A model generated the notes under the pieces. It worked only from the letters and a program-made list of their open reading frames with translations, searched no databases and had not been told where the DNA came from. From Candidatus Harrisonbacteria bacterium CG10_big_fil_rev_8_21_14_0_10_49_15 (GTDB taxonomy: Bacteria > Patescibacteriota > Minisyncoccia > UBA6257 > 1-14-0-10-44-23), in assembly GCA_002773415.1 (NCBI GenBank), contig PFBD01000022.1:735-62711 (forward strand): a DNA stretch of 61,977 nucleotides. The letters are read 5' to 3'. Position 1 is the first letter of the stretch. Each line of letters begins with the position of its first letter. The position numbers and the translations under genes were made by a program. This document shows positions 43,120-51,971 of the stretch, piece after piece.

Positions 43120-43244
43120 ATTACGAATATCCGCCAGCTGGCGGAACCAATCGCACGAATAACTCCCCGAATCCTGAACCAGATTAGTCTGATTAGTGAT
43201 CATTCGTGATTAGTGAAGTCCAGCACAAAATTAAATCCCAAAAT

Positions 43245-43571
43245 ATGCGCTATAAAGGTGTCGTCACAAAAGAAGGATTAAAAGATGAGGGTTTTTTGAA
43301 TTTCGCCACCGATCTGCGCGAAGAAAACGGTTACATTCATTTCACCGCCGATACGGATTTCGCGCCGGCTATTGTTTCCGAGATGAAAGAGGCGCTCAAG
43401 ACAGGTCCGTACTACGCCGTCATCAAGACAGAGTATGAACTCAACATTATCTTTGCGGAGAAAGTGGTGACCGCCAAGCCAACCGAAACTGAACCAATCG
43501 CCAAAGCGATCCAGTATGGCGTTTCTTTGGAAATTCCCGAGTCAGAATTACGAGCGCAAACCGGAATTTAA
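43245..43571 (+). CDS. Hypothetical protein
   Basis: 108 aa from ATG 43245; the upstream extension to 43206 runs into a repeat. No family recognised. Confidence 0.55.
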   Translation: MRYKGVVTKEGLKDEGFLNFATDLREENGYIHFTADTDFAPAIVSEMKEALKTGPYYAVIKTEYELNIIFAEKVVTAKPTETEPIAKAIQYGVSLEIPESELRAQTGI

Positions 43572-44155
43572 TGTTTACGGGAATTATAAAAGCGGTTGCG
43601 CTAATTAAGCATGCCGAGGTTAAAGACGGCTCACTGTTTTTAACCATTGCCCGGCCCAAGGGGTGGCGAATGAAGCCCGGCGACTCCATCTCTACCGACG
43701 GCGCCTGTCTAACAGTCCGCAGTGTGAATAAGAAGCAGTACACCGTTGAACTGATGCCGGAAACTTTAGACAAGACTTATTTTGGTAAACAAATCTGTTT
43801 GCAAGTTAATCTGGAACAGTCGCTTCGAGTTACTGACCGGTTGGACGGCCACATAGTCCTTGGCCATGTAGACGCGGTTGGCGTAATTAAAAAAATCGCT
43901 AATGATGGCCGGGCAAAAGTATACACCATTCAATTTCCAGCCAGATCTGCCGCGCTCGTCGCGCCAAAGGGCTCAATAACGGTTGACGGTGTTAGCCTGA
44001 CTGTCACTCGCGCAACCAAAACAACATTTTCAGTTTCGCTGGTTGAATACACACTGAATCACACAGCCCTTGGTCAAAAACAAATCGGCGACTTGGTGAA
44101 CCTAGAGTTTGATGTATTAGCAAAGTACCTGTATCGTTTTAAGCATGCAAGATAA
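43571..44155 (+). CDS. ribE: Riboflavin synthase
   Basis: MFTGIIKAV...GDSISTDGACLTV...and a second GSITVDGVSLTV lumazine-binding repeat. Confidence 0.9.
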   Translation: MFTGIIKAVALIKHAEVKDGSLFLTIARPKGWRMKPGDSISTDGACLTVRSVNKKQYTVELMPETLDKTYFGKQICLQVNLEQSLRVTDRLDGHIVLGHVDAVGVIKKIANDGRAKVYTIQFPARSAALVAPKGSITVDGVSLTVTRATKTTFSVSLVEYTLNHTALGQKQIGDLVNLEFDVLAKYLYRFKHAR

Positions 44156-44603
44156 CGTTATCAAAGGGGCAGAGGAGTTTAGCGCGGCCGGAGTGAAGGT
44201 CGGCATCGTTGTCGCTCAGTTTAACAAAGACATTACCGAGGCTCTGCTTGAAGACGCTCGCCAAGAGGCAGATCGCCGCGGGATAAGTCCGGAAGATATC
44301 ACAGTTAAGAGTGTTGCCGGCAGTGTGGAGATCCCCGTCGTTCTTCAGGCTATGGCTAAAAGTAACAAGTTCGACTGCTTGGTCGCTCTTGGCGCCGTCA
44401 TCCGCGGTGAAACAGTTCACTTTGAGTATGTCAGTAAGCTCGCGGCTGAGGGTATTAGCCGGGTCAGCCTAGACAACAACATACCCATCGGGTTTGGGGT
44501 GCTGATGTGTGAAACCAAGGATCAAGCGCTAAAGAGGATTCACTCCGGTGGCGAGGCTCTCTCCGCCGCCCTTAGCGCGTATCGCGCCTGTAAAGAGTTA
44601 TAA
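44145..44603 (+). CDS. ribH: 6,7-dimethyl-8-ribityllumazine synthase
   Basis: VGIVVAQFNKDIT...VAGSVEIP...ALGAVIRGETVHFEYV. Confidence 0.9.
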   Translation: MQDNVIKGAEEFSAAGVKVGIVVAQFNKDITEALLEDARQEADRRGISPEDITVKSVAGSVEIPVVLQAMAKSNKFDCLVALGAVIRGETVHFEYVSKLAAEGISRVSLDNNIPIGFGVLMCETKDQALKRIHSGGEALSAALSAYRACKEL

Positions 44604-44608
44604 AACCT

Positions 44609-45700
44609 ATGACAAAGTGGCAGTTTTATACAAACACAGACCAAGCCTGGGAAGGGATGCTCGCTGCTATTGCCGAAGCTAAGGAGAGCATTGACTGCGA
44701 GCAGTATATTTTTGAAAACGACTCTATTGGTCGGCAGTTCCTAGAGCTTTTCGTAAAAAAAGCCAAACAAGGAGTCCGAGTTCGCCTGCTGGTTGACGGC
44801 ATCGGCAGTCTCGCTTTACTACGTTCATCTTATCTGCCCGAGGCGCAACGGGCAGGCGTTAAGGTTCAGTTTTTTAATCCCCTAAAACCATGGTGGGTTT
44901 ACAAAGTTACCTTTTGGTTTTTGCGAGACCACCGAAAGGTTTTGGTAGTAGATGAAAAGATCGGATTCACCGGCGGCGTCGGCGTCCGCATAGCGATGAC
45001 CGGCCGTCGCGATACGCATGTCCGCGTAACCGGAGCGGTCGTCAGACAGCTTCGCGAAGCCTTTGAGGCGATGTGGCAGGCAACGCACCTGGGTGAGCGT
45101 TATATCAAGCACAAGCGCCAACAGCGCACTGAAGATGGGTTTCTATTTATCACCAACACGCCTCGCCCTCGTCAGCGATTTTTCTATCACGAACTTCGTC
45201 GCCGCATCAGTAGCGCCCAAAGTAATATCTACCTAGTAACGCCCTACTTTGTTCCGGACCGACGCTTGTTTCGGGCTCTAAAAAAAGCGGTTCGCCGCGG
45301 AGTTACTGTTAACTTAATTGTTCCCGAGCAGTCTGACCACCCATTTGTAGACATTGCCAGCCAGTCGTATTTTTGGCTGGCCCTGCACCGCGGCGTACGC
45401 ATTTGGCTGCACCAAGATCATAAAAATGGCGACAACTTGTTTATTCACAGTAAGGCCTTTGTCGTTGACGACAACTGGGCATCAGTTGGCAGTACAAATT
45501 TAGATAACTTAAGCCTGCTCTTGAATTACGAAGGAGACCTAACCAGTACCGACCCGAAATTTGTCGCAGAGGTCACAAGTCAATGTCAACAAGATATCGC
45601 TGACTCAGTAGAGCTGACTAGGAGTGATTGGAAGCGCCGCCGCACTTTCCGGCGCAAGCTCGCCGAGCTGAGCACATGGCCGTTCCACCGGTTAATGTGA
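44609..45700 (+). CDS. Phospholipase D / cardiolipin synthase-like protein (two HKD motifs)
   Basis: DHRKVLVVD...GG and IHSKAFVVDD...GSTNLD. Confidence 0.85.
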   Translation: MTKWQFYTNTDQAWEGMLAAIAEAKESIDCEQYIFENDSIGRQFLELFVKKAKQGVRVRLLVDGIGSLALLRSSYLPEAQRAGVKVQFFNPLKPWWVYKVTFWFLRDHRKVLVVDEKIGFTGGVGVRIAMTGRRDTHVRVTGAVVRQLREAFEAMWQATHLGERYIKHKRQQRTEDGFLFITNTPRPRQRFFYHELRRRISSAQSNIYLVTPYFVPDRRLFRALKKAVRRGVTVNLIVPEQSDHPFVDIASQSYFWLALHRGVRIWLHQDHKNGDNLFIHSKAFVVDDNWASVGSTNLDNLSLLLNYEGDLTSTDPKFVAEVTSQCQQDIADSVELTRSDWKRRRTFRRKLAELSTWPFHRLM

Positions 45701-45752
45701 GAGGAGCTGATTAGCTGTTTAGCTTCTTAGCTGATTAGAGTATAATCGAGAT

Positions 45753-45968
45753 ATGCGAAGGAAAGATGTAAAATCCAGTGATATTCGCTCCATCGGCTAT
45801 GACGAGAGCCTCCAGATCTTAGAGGTGGAGTTTAAGCGTGGCTCAGTATATCAATACGTGAATGTGCCAAAGCATGTTTATGCCGCGCTTATGAAAGCGC
45901 CCTCAGTCGGCAGCTACTTTAACACCCAGATCCGCGACCGGTTTCAATCTTCTCAGGTCGCCGAATAA
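45753..45968 (+). CDS. KTSC domain protein
   Basis: IRSIGYDESLQILEVEFKRGSVYQYVNVPKHVYAALMKAPSVGSYF. TATAAT at 45741-45746 lies 6 nt before the ATG. Confidence 0.75.
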   Translation: MRRKDVKSSDIRSIGYDESLQILEVEFKRGSVYQYVNVPKHVYAALMKAPSVGSYFNTQIRDRFQSSQVAE

Positions 45969-45980
45969 CTTTTCCAAAAA

Positions 45981-47117
45981 ATGACCGATTACGAACAGGA
46001 GTCCTTGAGTCTCCACGAAAAAAATGGCGGCAAGATGGAGATTGCCGCTACAGTTCCACTCACTAAGCAAGCCGATCTTTCTCGTGCCTATACACCGGGT
46101 GTAGCTGCTGTTTCTCGGGCTATTGGCAAGGATAAGGAGTTGGCCTACAAATATACAATCAAAAAGAATACAATCGCCGTAGTCACAGATGGCTCCGCCA
46201 TTTTAGGCTTAGGCAATCTTGGACCGGAAGCAGCCCTGCCGGTGATGGAGGGCAAGGCTATTTTGTTTAAAGAGTTCGCAGATATAAATGCTTTCCCTAT
46301 CTGTCTGAGTACCCAAGACCCGGAAGAAATAATCGCTACAGTTAAAGCGATAGCGCCCGGATTCGGCGGGATAAATTTAGAAGATATTGCCGCCCCAAAC
46401 TGTTTTATAGTAGAGCGGCGCCTGCAGGAAGAGTTGGATATTCCGGTGATGCACGACGACCAGCACGGCACGGCAACCGTGGTTTTGGCCGGACTGATTA
46501 ACGCTCTAAAGCTGCGCGGCCTTTCTAAAGAAAAGGCAAAAGTTGTGATAATCGGTGCTGGCTCAGCCGGCACGGCGATTATGAAAATCCTTCTGGCATA
46601 CGGTCTGAAAGATATAATTGTCTACGACAGCCAGGGAGCAATCTATGCAAACAGGCCGAATCTTACCCAGGCCAAGGCAGAGATCGCTGAGCTGACCAAT
46701 CCCGCGCAAATAACAGGACCTCTAGCAGAAGGCATTAAAGACGCTCATGTTTTTATCGGTGTTAGCAAGCCCGGCTTGCTTAGTAAAGAAATGGTTGCCT
46801 CTATGGCCGAGCAACCAATTATCTTCGCGCTCGCAAACCCAACTCCGGAGATAATGCCAAACGAAGCCATCTCTGCCGGCGCCTTCATGGTTGCCACCGG
46901 CCGTTCCGACTTTCCAAATCAAGTAAATAATCTACTTGCCTTTCCAGGGATTTTTCGCGGGGCGTTAGATAACCGAATTAAACAATTTACCGAAAAGCAC
47001 TTTCTCGCCGCCGCCACTGCCCTAGCCGGCTATCTGCCACGCCCAACCCAAGATCAAATCTTGCCAAGCCCACTAGACAAAGGCATTGTAGAAGCTATTA
47101 AAAAAGTCATTACCTAA
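45981..47117 (+). CDS. NAD(P)-dependent malic enzyme (short form)
   Basis: YTPGVAAV...VTDGSAILGLGNLGPEAALPVMEGKAILFK...GAGSAG. Confidence 0.88.
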   Translation: MTDYEQESLSLHEKNGGKMEIAATVPLTKQADLSRAYTPGVAAVSRAIGKDKELAYKYTIKKNTIAVVTDGSAILGLGNLGPEAALPVMEGKAILFKEFADINAFPICLSTQDPEEIIATVKAIAPGFGGINLEDIAAPNCFIVERRLQEELDIPVMHDDQHGTATVVLAGLINALKLRGLSKEKAKVVIIGAGSAGTAIMKILLAYGLKDIIVYDSQGAIYANRPNLTQAKAEIAELTNPAQITGPLAEGIKDAHVFIGVSKPGLLSKEMVASMAEQPIIFALANPTPEIMPNEAISAGAFMVATGRSDFPNQVNNLLAFPGIFRGALDNRIKQFTEKHFLAAATALAGYLPRPTQDQILPSPLDKGIVEAIKKVIT

Positions 47118-47124
47118 AAAAAGT

Positions 47125-47325
47125 ATGGACCAAGAAATCTCCGCCAAGTTTGCCGAGCAAGACAAAAAGCTAGACGCTATCTTCAAGTCCACTGAGCGCA
47201 CCCGGAAAATTTTTACCTGGACTCTTTGGATCACGATCATAATGATCGTCCTACCTCTCATCGGTCTTGTATTTATCATTCCGGTTTTCATCAACACTCT
47301 CAGTACCTCCGGCCTGGGTTTCTAG
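47125..47325 (+). CDS. Small membrane protein
   Basis: 66 aa with one hydrophobic helix, WTLWITIIMIVLPLIGLVFIIPVFI. Confidence 0.5.
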   Translation: MDQEISAKFAEQDKKLDAIFKSTERTRKIFTWTLWITIIMIVLPLIGLVFIIPVFINTLSTSGLGF

Positions 47326-47436
47326 GAGTATTCGCGCCTGCCTGCGGTAGGCAGGAATAATACGAATTTAAAGTAATAATGCGAATTTCTGCTATACTGT
47401 GCCTATTCGCACTACTGTGCCCCCTACGTACTAAAC

Positions 47437-47500
47437 AGCTAATAAGCTAATAAGCTAATAAGCTAATAAGCTAATAAGCTAATAAGCTAAACAGCTAATC
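47437..47500. repeat. Octamer tandem repeat (AGCTAATA)x6 plus two degenerate units in the glmS leader
   Basis: Six perfect agctaata units (47437-47484), then agctaaac and agctaatc. The ATG is at 47503 and TGcTATACT at 47390-47398. Confidence 0.9.
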
Positions 47501-47502
47501 CC

Positions 47503-49353
47503 ATGTGTGGCATCGTCGGTTACATCGGTAAAAAAGAAGTTGTGCCCATTCTCATCAATGGGTTAAAACGCTTAGAGTACCGCGGTTACGACTCCGCGGG
47601 CGTAGCTGTGCTTACTGGTAATGGCGCGCACAGCAAGCGTGTTCTTGGCCGCGTCGCCGGACTAGAAGACGCCCTGCAGGGAAACGGTTGGCAAACGGCT
47701 ACAATCGGCATCGCTCATACTCGCTGGGCCACGCACGGCAAGCCGTCTGAAGCCAATGCCCACCCGCACACCGACTGCAAAGGCAACATCTGGGTCGCGC
47801 ATAACGGCATTGTCGAAAACTACCAAGAACTGAAAAAAGCCTTAATAGAGGCCGGGCACGAGTTCAAGTCCGAGACCGACACCGAAGTCCTGGCACATCT
47901 AATAGAGGCCGAGACGGAAAAAACAGACAACTTATTTAATGCTGTCCGTCACGCTCTTAGCCATGTTCGCGGTGCCTACGGTCTGGCTGTTATCAGCGCC
48001 ACTGAGCCGGACAAAATAATCGCCGCCCGCAACTCTAGCCCGCTTATCTTGGGAATTGGGCCGGAGGAAAATCTGGTCGCCTCTGACGCCTCGGCCATCA
48101 TCAACCTCACCAAAGAAGTTATTTATCTGGACGACAACGAAATAGCCGAAGTCACGGCCGACAGTTTCCGTGTGGAAAGCCTGGAGTTTGGCCCGCATGG
48201 TAGTGAAAAGCGGGTGAAGCACCCGGAGACTATTGAGTGGGACGAGGCCGCGATTGCCAAAGATGGTCACGCGCACTTTATGCATAAAGAGATCTTTGAG
48301 ATCCCGGAGGTTATTAGAAACTCCATCCGCGGCCGTCTAATAGTAGAGGAGGGGCGGGCCAAGCTCGGCGGTATTGAAAATCACAAAGACGAGCTGCGCG
48401 ACGTAGAGCGCGTGCTTATCACCGCCTGCGGCACCGCGCACGTGGCCGGCCGCGTCGCCGAGTATATGTTAGAGGAGTACGCCGGCGTGCCCACGGAAGT
48501 GGACATCGCCTCTGAGTTTCGTTACCGCAAGCCGATTTTCGGTAAGAACGATTTACTACTCGCCATCTCCCAATCCGGCGAGACCGCCGACACACTCGCC
48601 GCTGTTAAAGAAGCCAAAGAAAAAGGCGTCACCACTATGGGTATTGTTAACGTCGTCGGCAGCTCCATCTCCCGCGACACAGACTTTGGTGTTTATAATC
48701 ACGCCGGTCCGGAGATAAGCGTCGCCTCCACCAAAGCTTTTGTATCCCAGCTCATAGTCTCCAGCTTGTTCACGCTCTTCCTCGGCCGCCAGCGCGAGAT
48801 GTCGCTAACCATGGGCAAGCGCATCGCCGAAGAGCTTAAGCAGCTACCCGAGTTGGTTAAGGTAGTCCTACAGCAGGAGGATGCAATAAAGGCGATCGCG
48901 GCTAAGTATAAAGACATGCCCGCCATCATGACCCTAGGCCGCAAATACAACGCGCCGCTGGCCGCTGAAGTTGCCATTAAATTCAAAGAGCTCTGCTACA
49001 TCCCGGCCATTGACTTGCCGGCCGGCGAGATGAAGCACGGCTCCCTTGCTCTGATAGACAAAGACTTCCCAACCCTGGCCATCGCGCCGGTGGATAGTGT
49101 TTATGAAAAAATGAAGTCTAATATTGAAGAAATAAAAGCCCGCGTCGGCCCAATCATCGCCCTAACCACCGAAGGCAACGACGAGCTCAGTCAGTACGCA
49201 AGTGACGTCATCTACATTCCAAAAACCTTAGAGATGCTCACGCCAATCGTGGCCGTGGTCCCGCTCTACCTGCTCACCTACCACATCGCCGCCCTCAAAG
49301 GCCACGACATAGACAAACCTAGGAACCTGGCCAAATCCGTCACCGTGGAATAA
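47503..49353 (+). CDS. glmS: Glutamine--fructose-6-phosphate aminotransferase
   Basis: MCGIVGYIG..., SQSGETADT, and C-terminal KSVTVE. Confidence 0.95.
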   Translation: MCGIVGYIGKKEVVPILINGLKRLEYRGYDSAGVAVLTGNGAHSKRVLGRVAGLEDALQGNGWQTATIGIAHTRWATHGKPSEANAHPHTDCKGNIWVAHNGIVENYQELKKALIEAGHEFKSETDTEVLAHLIEAETEKTDNLFNAVRHALSHVRGAYGLAVISATEPDKIIAARNSSPLILGIGPEENLVASDASAIINLTKEVIYLDDNEIAEVTADSFRVESLEFGPHGSEKRVKHPETIEWDEAAIAKDGHAHFMHKEIFEIPEVIRNSIRGRLIVEEGRAKLGGIENHKDELRDVERVLITACGTAHVAGRVAEYMLEEYAGVPTEVDIASEFRYRKPIFGKNDLLLAISQSGETADTLAAVKEAKEKGVTTMGIVNVVGSSISRDTDFGVYNHAGPEISVASTKAFVSQLIVSSLFTLFLGRQREMSLTMGKRIAEELKQLPELVKVVLQQEDAIKAIAAKYKDMPAIMTLGRKYNAPLAAEVAIKFKELCYIPAIDLPAGEMKHGSLALIDKDFPTLAIAPVDSVYEKMKSNIEEIKARVGPIIALTTEGNDELSQYASDVIYIPKTLEMLTPIVAVVPLYLLTYHIAALKGHDIDKPRNLAKSVTVE

Positions 49354-49532
49354 TTTACGCGGTACGACCGCTAAAATCCATACAACGTTTTTAATTAATT
49401 TGTAACTTATGCTGAATACGCCATACGGGTGGCGTATTCAGCGAGTATTTGCAAAGAGAAGAACAAATAGGGTAGGGTAGAAAGTGGAAGGGAGCCACTT
49501 CGGCACCCAGTCACAGACAAGGAGAGATTCGG

Positions 49533-50147
49533 ATGAAAACAGCACTGATCGCCGTCGCCAACAAGGACGGCATCCGCGAGTTTGCGCAAGGGCTACTCGC
49601 CGCTGGCTTCGGCCAGATCGTCGCCTCTGACGGCACCGCCCGGCACCTCAAGTCCTGGACAGAGCCTGTTCTGGACGACAACGGAGAGCCCGTCATGGAT
49701 GACGAGGGCAGGCCCAGGGAACGAGCTGTGCTCCGGGCTGACCAGGTTCTCACGGTCCAGGACATGACTGGCCTGCCGCCGGCGTTGGACCACCGGGTCG
49801 TGACGCTACACCACAAGATCCATGGTGGGATCCTGGCCCGCCGTGATCACTTGGACGAACTGCGCCAGCTCGGCTGGCGCTGGTTCGACGCCGTGATCGT
49901 GGATCTCTACCCTCTGTCTGCCAAGGTCAGCGACGTGCGTGCACGCTGGCAGGCAGGAGAACTCACCAGTCTGCAGGCCTGGCGCGAGGCCGTGGAGATG
50001 ATGGACATCGGCGGCCCTACGCTCATCCGCGGTGCCGTCAAGGGAGCGGTAGAGGGCAGGTACGTCGTCACCAGCCCCGATACGCGTAGCATTCTGGTCA
50101 GTCATCTGGAGGCTGGCGCGCCTGACGACACGAGGCTCCGACTCTAG
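49533..50147 (+). CDS. Stand-alone IMP cyclohydrolase-like (PurH N-terminal, MGS-like) domain, GC-rich islet D
   Basis: ALIAVANKDGIREFAQGL...DGTARHL...TGLPPALDHRVVTLHHKIHGGILARR...VIVDLYPL...MDIGGPTLIRGA aligns by eye with the PurH N-terminus. AAGGAG lies 8 nt before the ATG. Confidence 0.65.
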   Translation: MKTALIAVANKDGIREFAQGLLAAGFGQIVASDGTARHLKSWTEPVLDDNGEPVMDDEGRPRERAVLRADQVLTVQDMTGLPPALDHRVVTLHHKIHGGILARRDHLDELRQLGWRWFDAVIVDLYPLSAKVSDVRARWQAGELTSLQAWREAVEMMDIGGPTLIRGAVKGAVEGRYVVTSPDTRSILVSHLEAGAPDDTRLRL

Positions 50148-50277
50148 CTCGCCTCATTCGCGCTCTGCATGGTCCAGGACTATGACGACGATCTCCTGGA
50201 CCTCATGCAAGACATCATGGAAAGCGACACGTCGCTCTCGGACGAGTCCACGGAGGCCTGAGCCTCCGAAGCACCAA

Positions 50278-50315
50278 GAGGGGGATACCATCCGGTATCC
50301 CCCTCGCTGCTTTTC
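50278..50315 (+). terminator. Terminator after islet D
   Basis: gagggggatacc atcc ggtatccccctc (12-bp perfect stem), followed by gctgcttttc. Confidence 0.6.
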
Positions 50316-50358
50316 AACAGCTGTAAATATTGCGAAAAAGCCTGATTTCTGTTAAAAT

Positions 50359-50685
50359 ATGCGCATTCTGTTCATGGATGAGAAAAGCAAAAACCAGGGT
50401 AAAACCCTTGCTGAGCTTAAAGCGAAGCGCGAGTGGTATGTAAACCGATTGTTCTTTTTGATGATCGAGTTCCTGGTTATCTTCGGACTGCCGGCACTCG
50501 GTGCCTACTTTCTAGGAAAACACCTAGACAGCCAAGCCGGAGGAGGCTACTTCTGGACAGCAAGTACCGCTATTACCGCCTTCATTCTATCCTGGCTTGT
50601 TGTTATCTACCGCCTAAGAATGATAATGCGACAACTCAAGCAGATGGATAGTGAGATAGAAGCAGTCAAAAAACAATCAATCTAA
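50359..50685 (+). CDS. AtpZ/AtpI-like small membrane protein preceding the atp operon
   Basis: 108 aa with two hydrophobic helices. Its position directly upstream of atpB supports the call. Confidence 0.55.
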   Translation: MRILFMDEKSKNQGKTLAELKAKREWYVNRLFFLMIEFLVIFGLPALGAYFLGKHLDSQAGGGYFWTASTAITAFILSWLVVIYRLRMIMRQLKQMDSEIEAVKKQSI

Positions 50686-50695
50686 TTTCTAGTAT

Positions 50696-51499
50696 ATGGA
50701 AGGAAACTTTTTCCAAATCAAAGGAGATATCCCAGACATCGCGCCAGACGTTGTTTTTTCCATCGGCTCTTGGCCTATTTCTAATACCGCTTTGCAAATA
50801 GTACTTTTACTCGTATTATCTATTTCATTTTGCGCGCTGGTTATCCGCCGGTTTAGCGTGGAAAAACCAGGCAAATTTCAAATCGCTATTGAGGGGCTGT
50901 ACGAATCCATGGTCACCTTTACAGAACAGCTCTCCGGCAGTCGCCAAAAAGCCAATGAGATTTTACCAATAATCCTTTCCCTGTTTGTTTTTGTAGGCGT
51001 GGCTAATCTTATCAATATCATTCCCGGGCTAACCAGCATCACTTGGGATGGCATCGCCATTTTCCGCACACCAACCTCAGACTTTAACACCACTCTTGGC
51101 ATGGCGCTGGCCATGATCATTTTTATTCAAGCTACGGCTCTAACTCGGCTTGGTGTCTGGCGCTACCTTGGCCAGTTTATCAAAATAAAGCCGCTCATTG
51201 ATGGCTTTCACCAGGGATTTAGCCAAGGAATGACAGCCCTAATTGAGTTTGGCATCGGTTTTTTAGATATCGTCTCCGAGTTAGCCAAGATCCTATCGCT
51301 TTCTTTGCGTTTATTTGGTAATATCTACGCGGGCGAGGTGCTCCTAGTCATGATCTTCGGCGCGCTAGCCTTTGTCCTTCCCAGTCTTTGGATGACACTT
51401 TCGCTTTTCTTTGGTATTATCCAGGCCATTGTTTTCGGAGCTCTTTGCGCGGCATACTACGCCTCATCCGTTCCGGATGCAAAAGTAATCCCCAAATGA
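50696..51499 (+). CDS. atpB: F0 ATP synthase subunit a
   Basis: Polytopic. LSLSLRLFGNIYAGE motif with the conserved Arg. Confidence 0.92.
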   Translation: MEGNFFQIKGDIPDIAPDVVFSIGSWPISNTALQIVLLLVLSISFCALVIRRFSVEKPGKFQIAIEGLYESMVTFTEQLSGSRQKANEILPIILSLFVFVGVANLINIIPGLTSITWDGIAIFRTPTSDFNTTLGMALAMIIFIQATALTRLGVWRYLGQFIKIKPLIDGFHQGFSQGMTALIEFGIGFLDIVSELAKILSLSLRLFGNIYAGEVLLVMIFGALAFVLPSLWMTLSLFFGIIQAIVFGALCAAYYASSVPDAKVIPK

Positions 51500-51616
51500 T
51501 AGTAATCGCGAATAACCCGAATGAGGCACCAAAAGAAAAGTTCGAGTTATTACCTTGATTCGTATATTCGGGAATACTCTAAAAAGTCGTAATTAACAAA
51601 ATAATTCATAAAACAT

Positions 51617-51832
51617 ATGGAAGCAGAAGCAGCAAGATATATAGCTAAAGGCCTAATTGCCTTAGCCATGCTTGGTACCGCGGTTGGCGAAGGATATATT
51701 GTGGGTAAGGCCATGGAAGCCATCGGCCGCAACCCGGAGACCACCAACAACATCTTTCCAAAGATGATTATCGGTGTGGCCATGGCCGAGTCCACCGCTA
51801 TCTACGCGATGGTTTTGTTCTTCGTTGTCTAG
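51617..51832 (+). CDS. atpE: F0 ATP synthase subunit c
   Basis: 71-aa hairpin protein. ...GRNPE... loop and MAESTAIY with the carboxylate Glu. Confidence 0.9.
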   Translation: MEAEAARYIAKGLIALAMLGTAVGEGYIVGKAMEAIGRNPETTNNIFPKMIIGVAMAESTAIYAMVLFFVV

Positions 51833-51971
51833 AGAGTAATCACGAATAACCCAAATAGCACGTAAGGTGATAACGCGAACAAGAGATTTTTCAAGAATAC
51901 AAAATTAAAGAGTAAAAATTATCGGTTCGCATTATTAATCAAGATTCGTATCATTCGGGAATACTAAGGTT

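Noticed and set aside
47437-47500. Possible CRISPR array (octamer array here; nested repeats at 31367-31607).
   Set aside because: The units are 8 nt and contiguous without spacers. The 31.4-kb repeats are inverted and nested rather than regularly spaced direct repeats. No cas genes are in the window.
47326-47502. glmS ribozyme in the glmS 5' region.
   Set aside because: The leader consists of a palindrome, a promoter and the octamer array. I see nothing resembling the conserved glmS ribozyme core.
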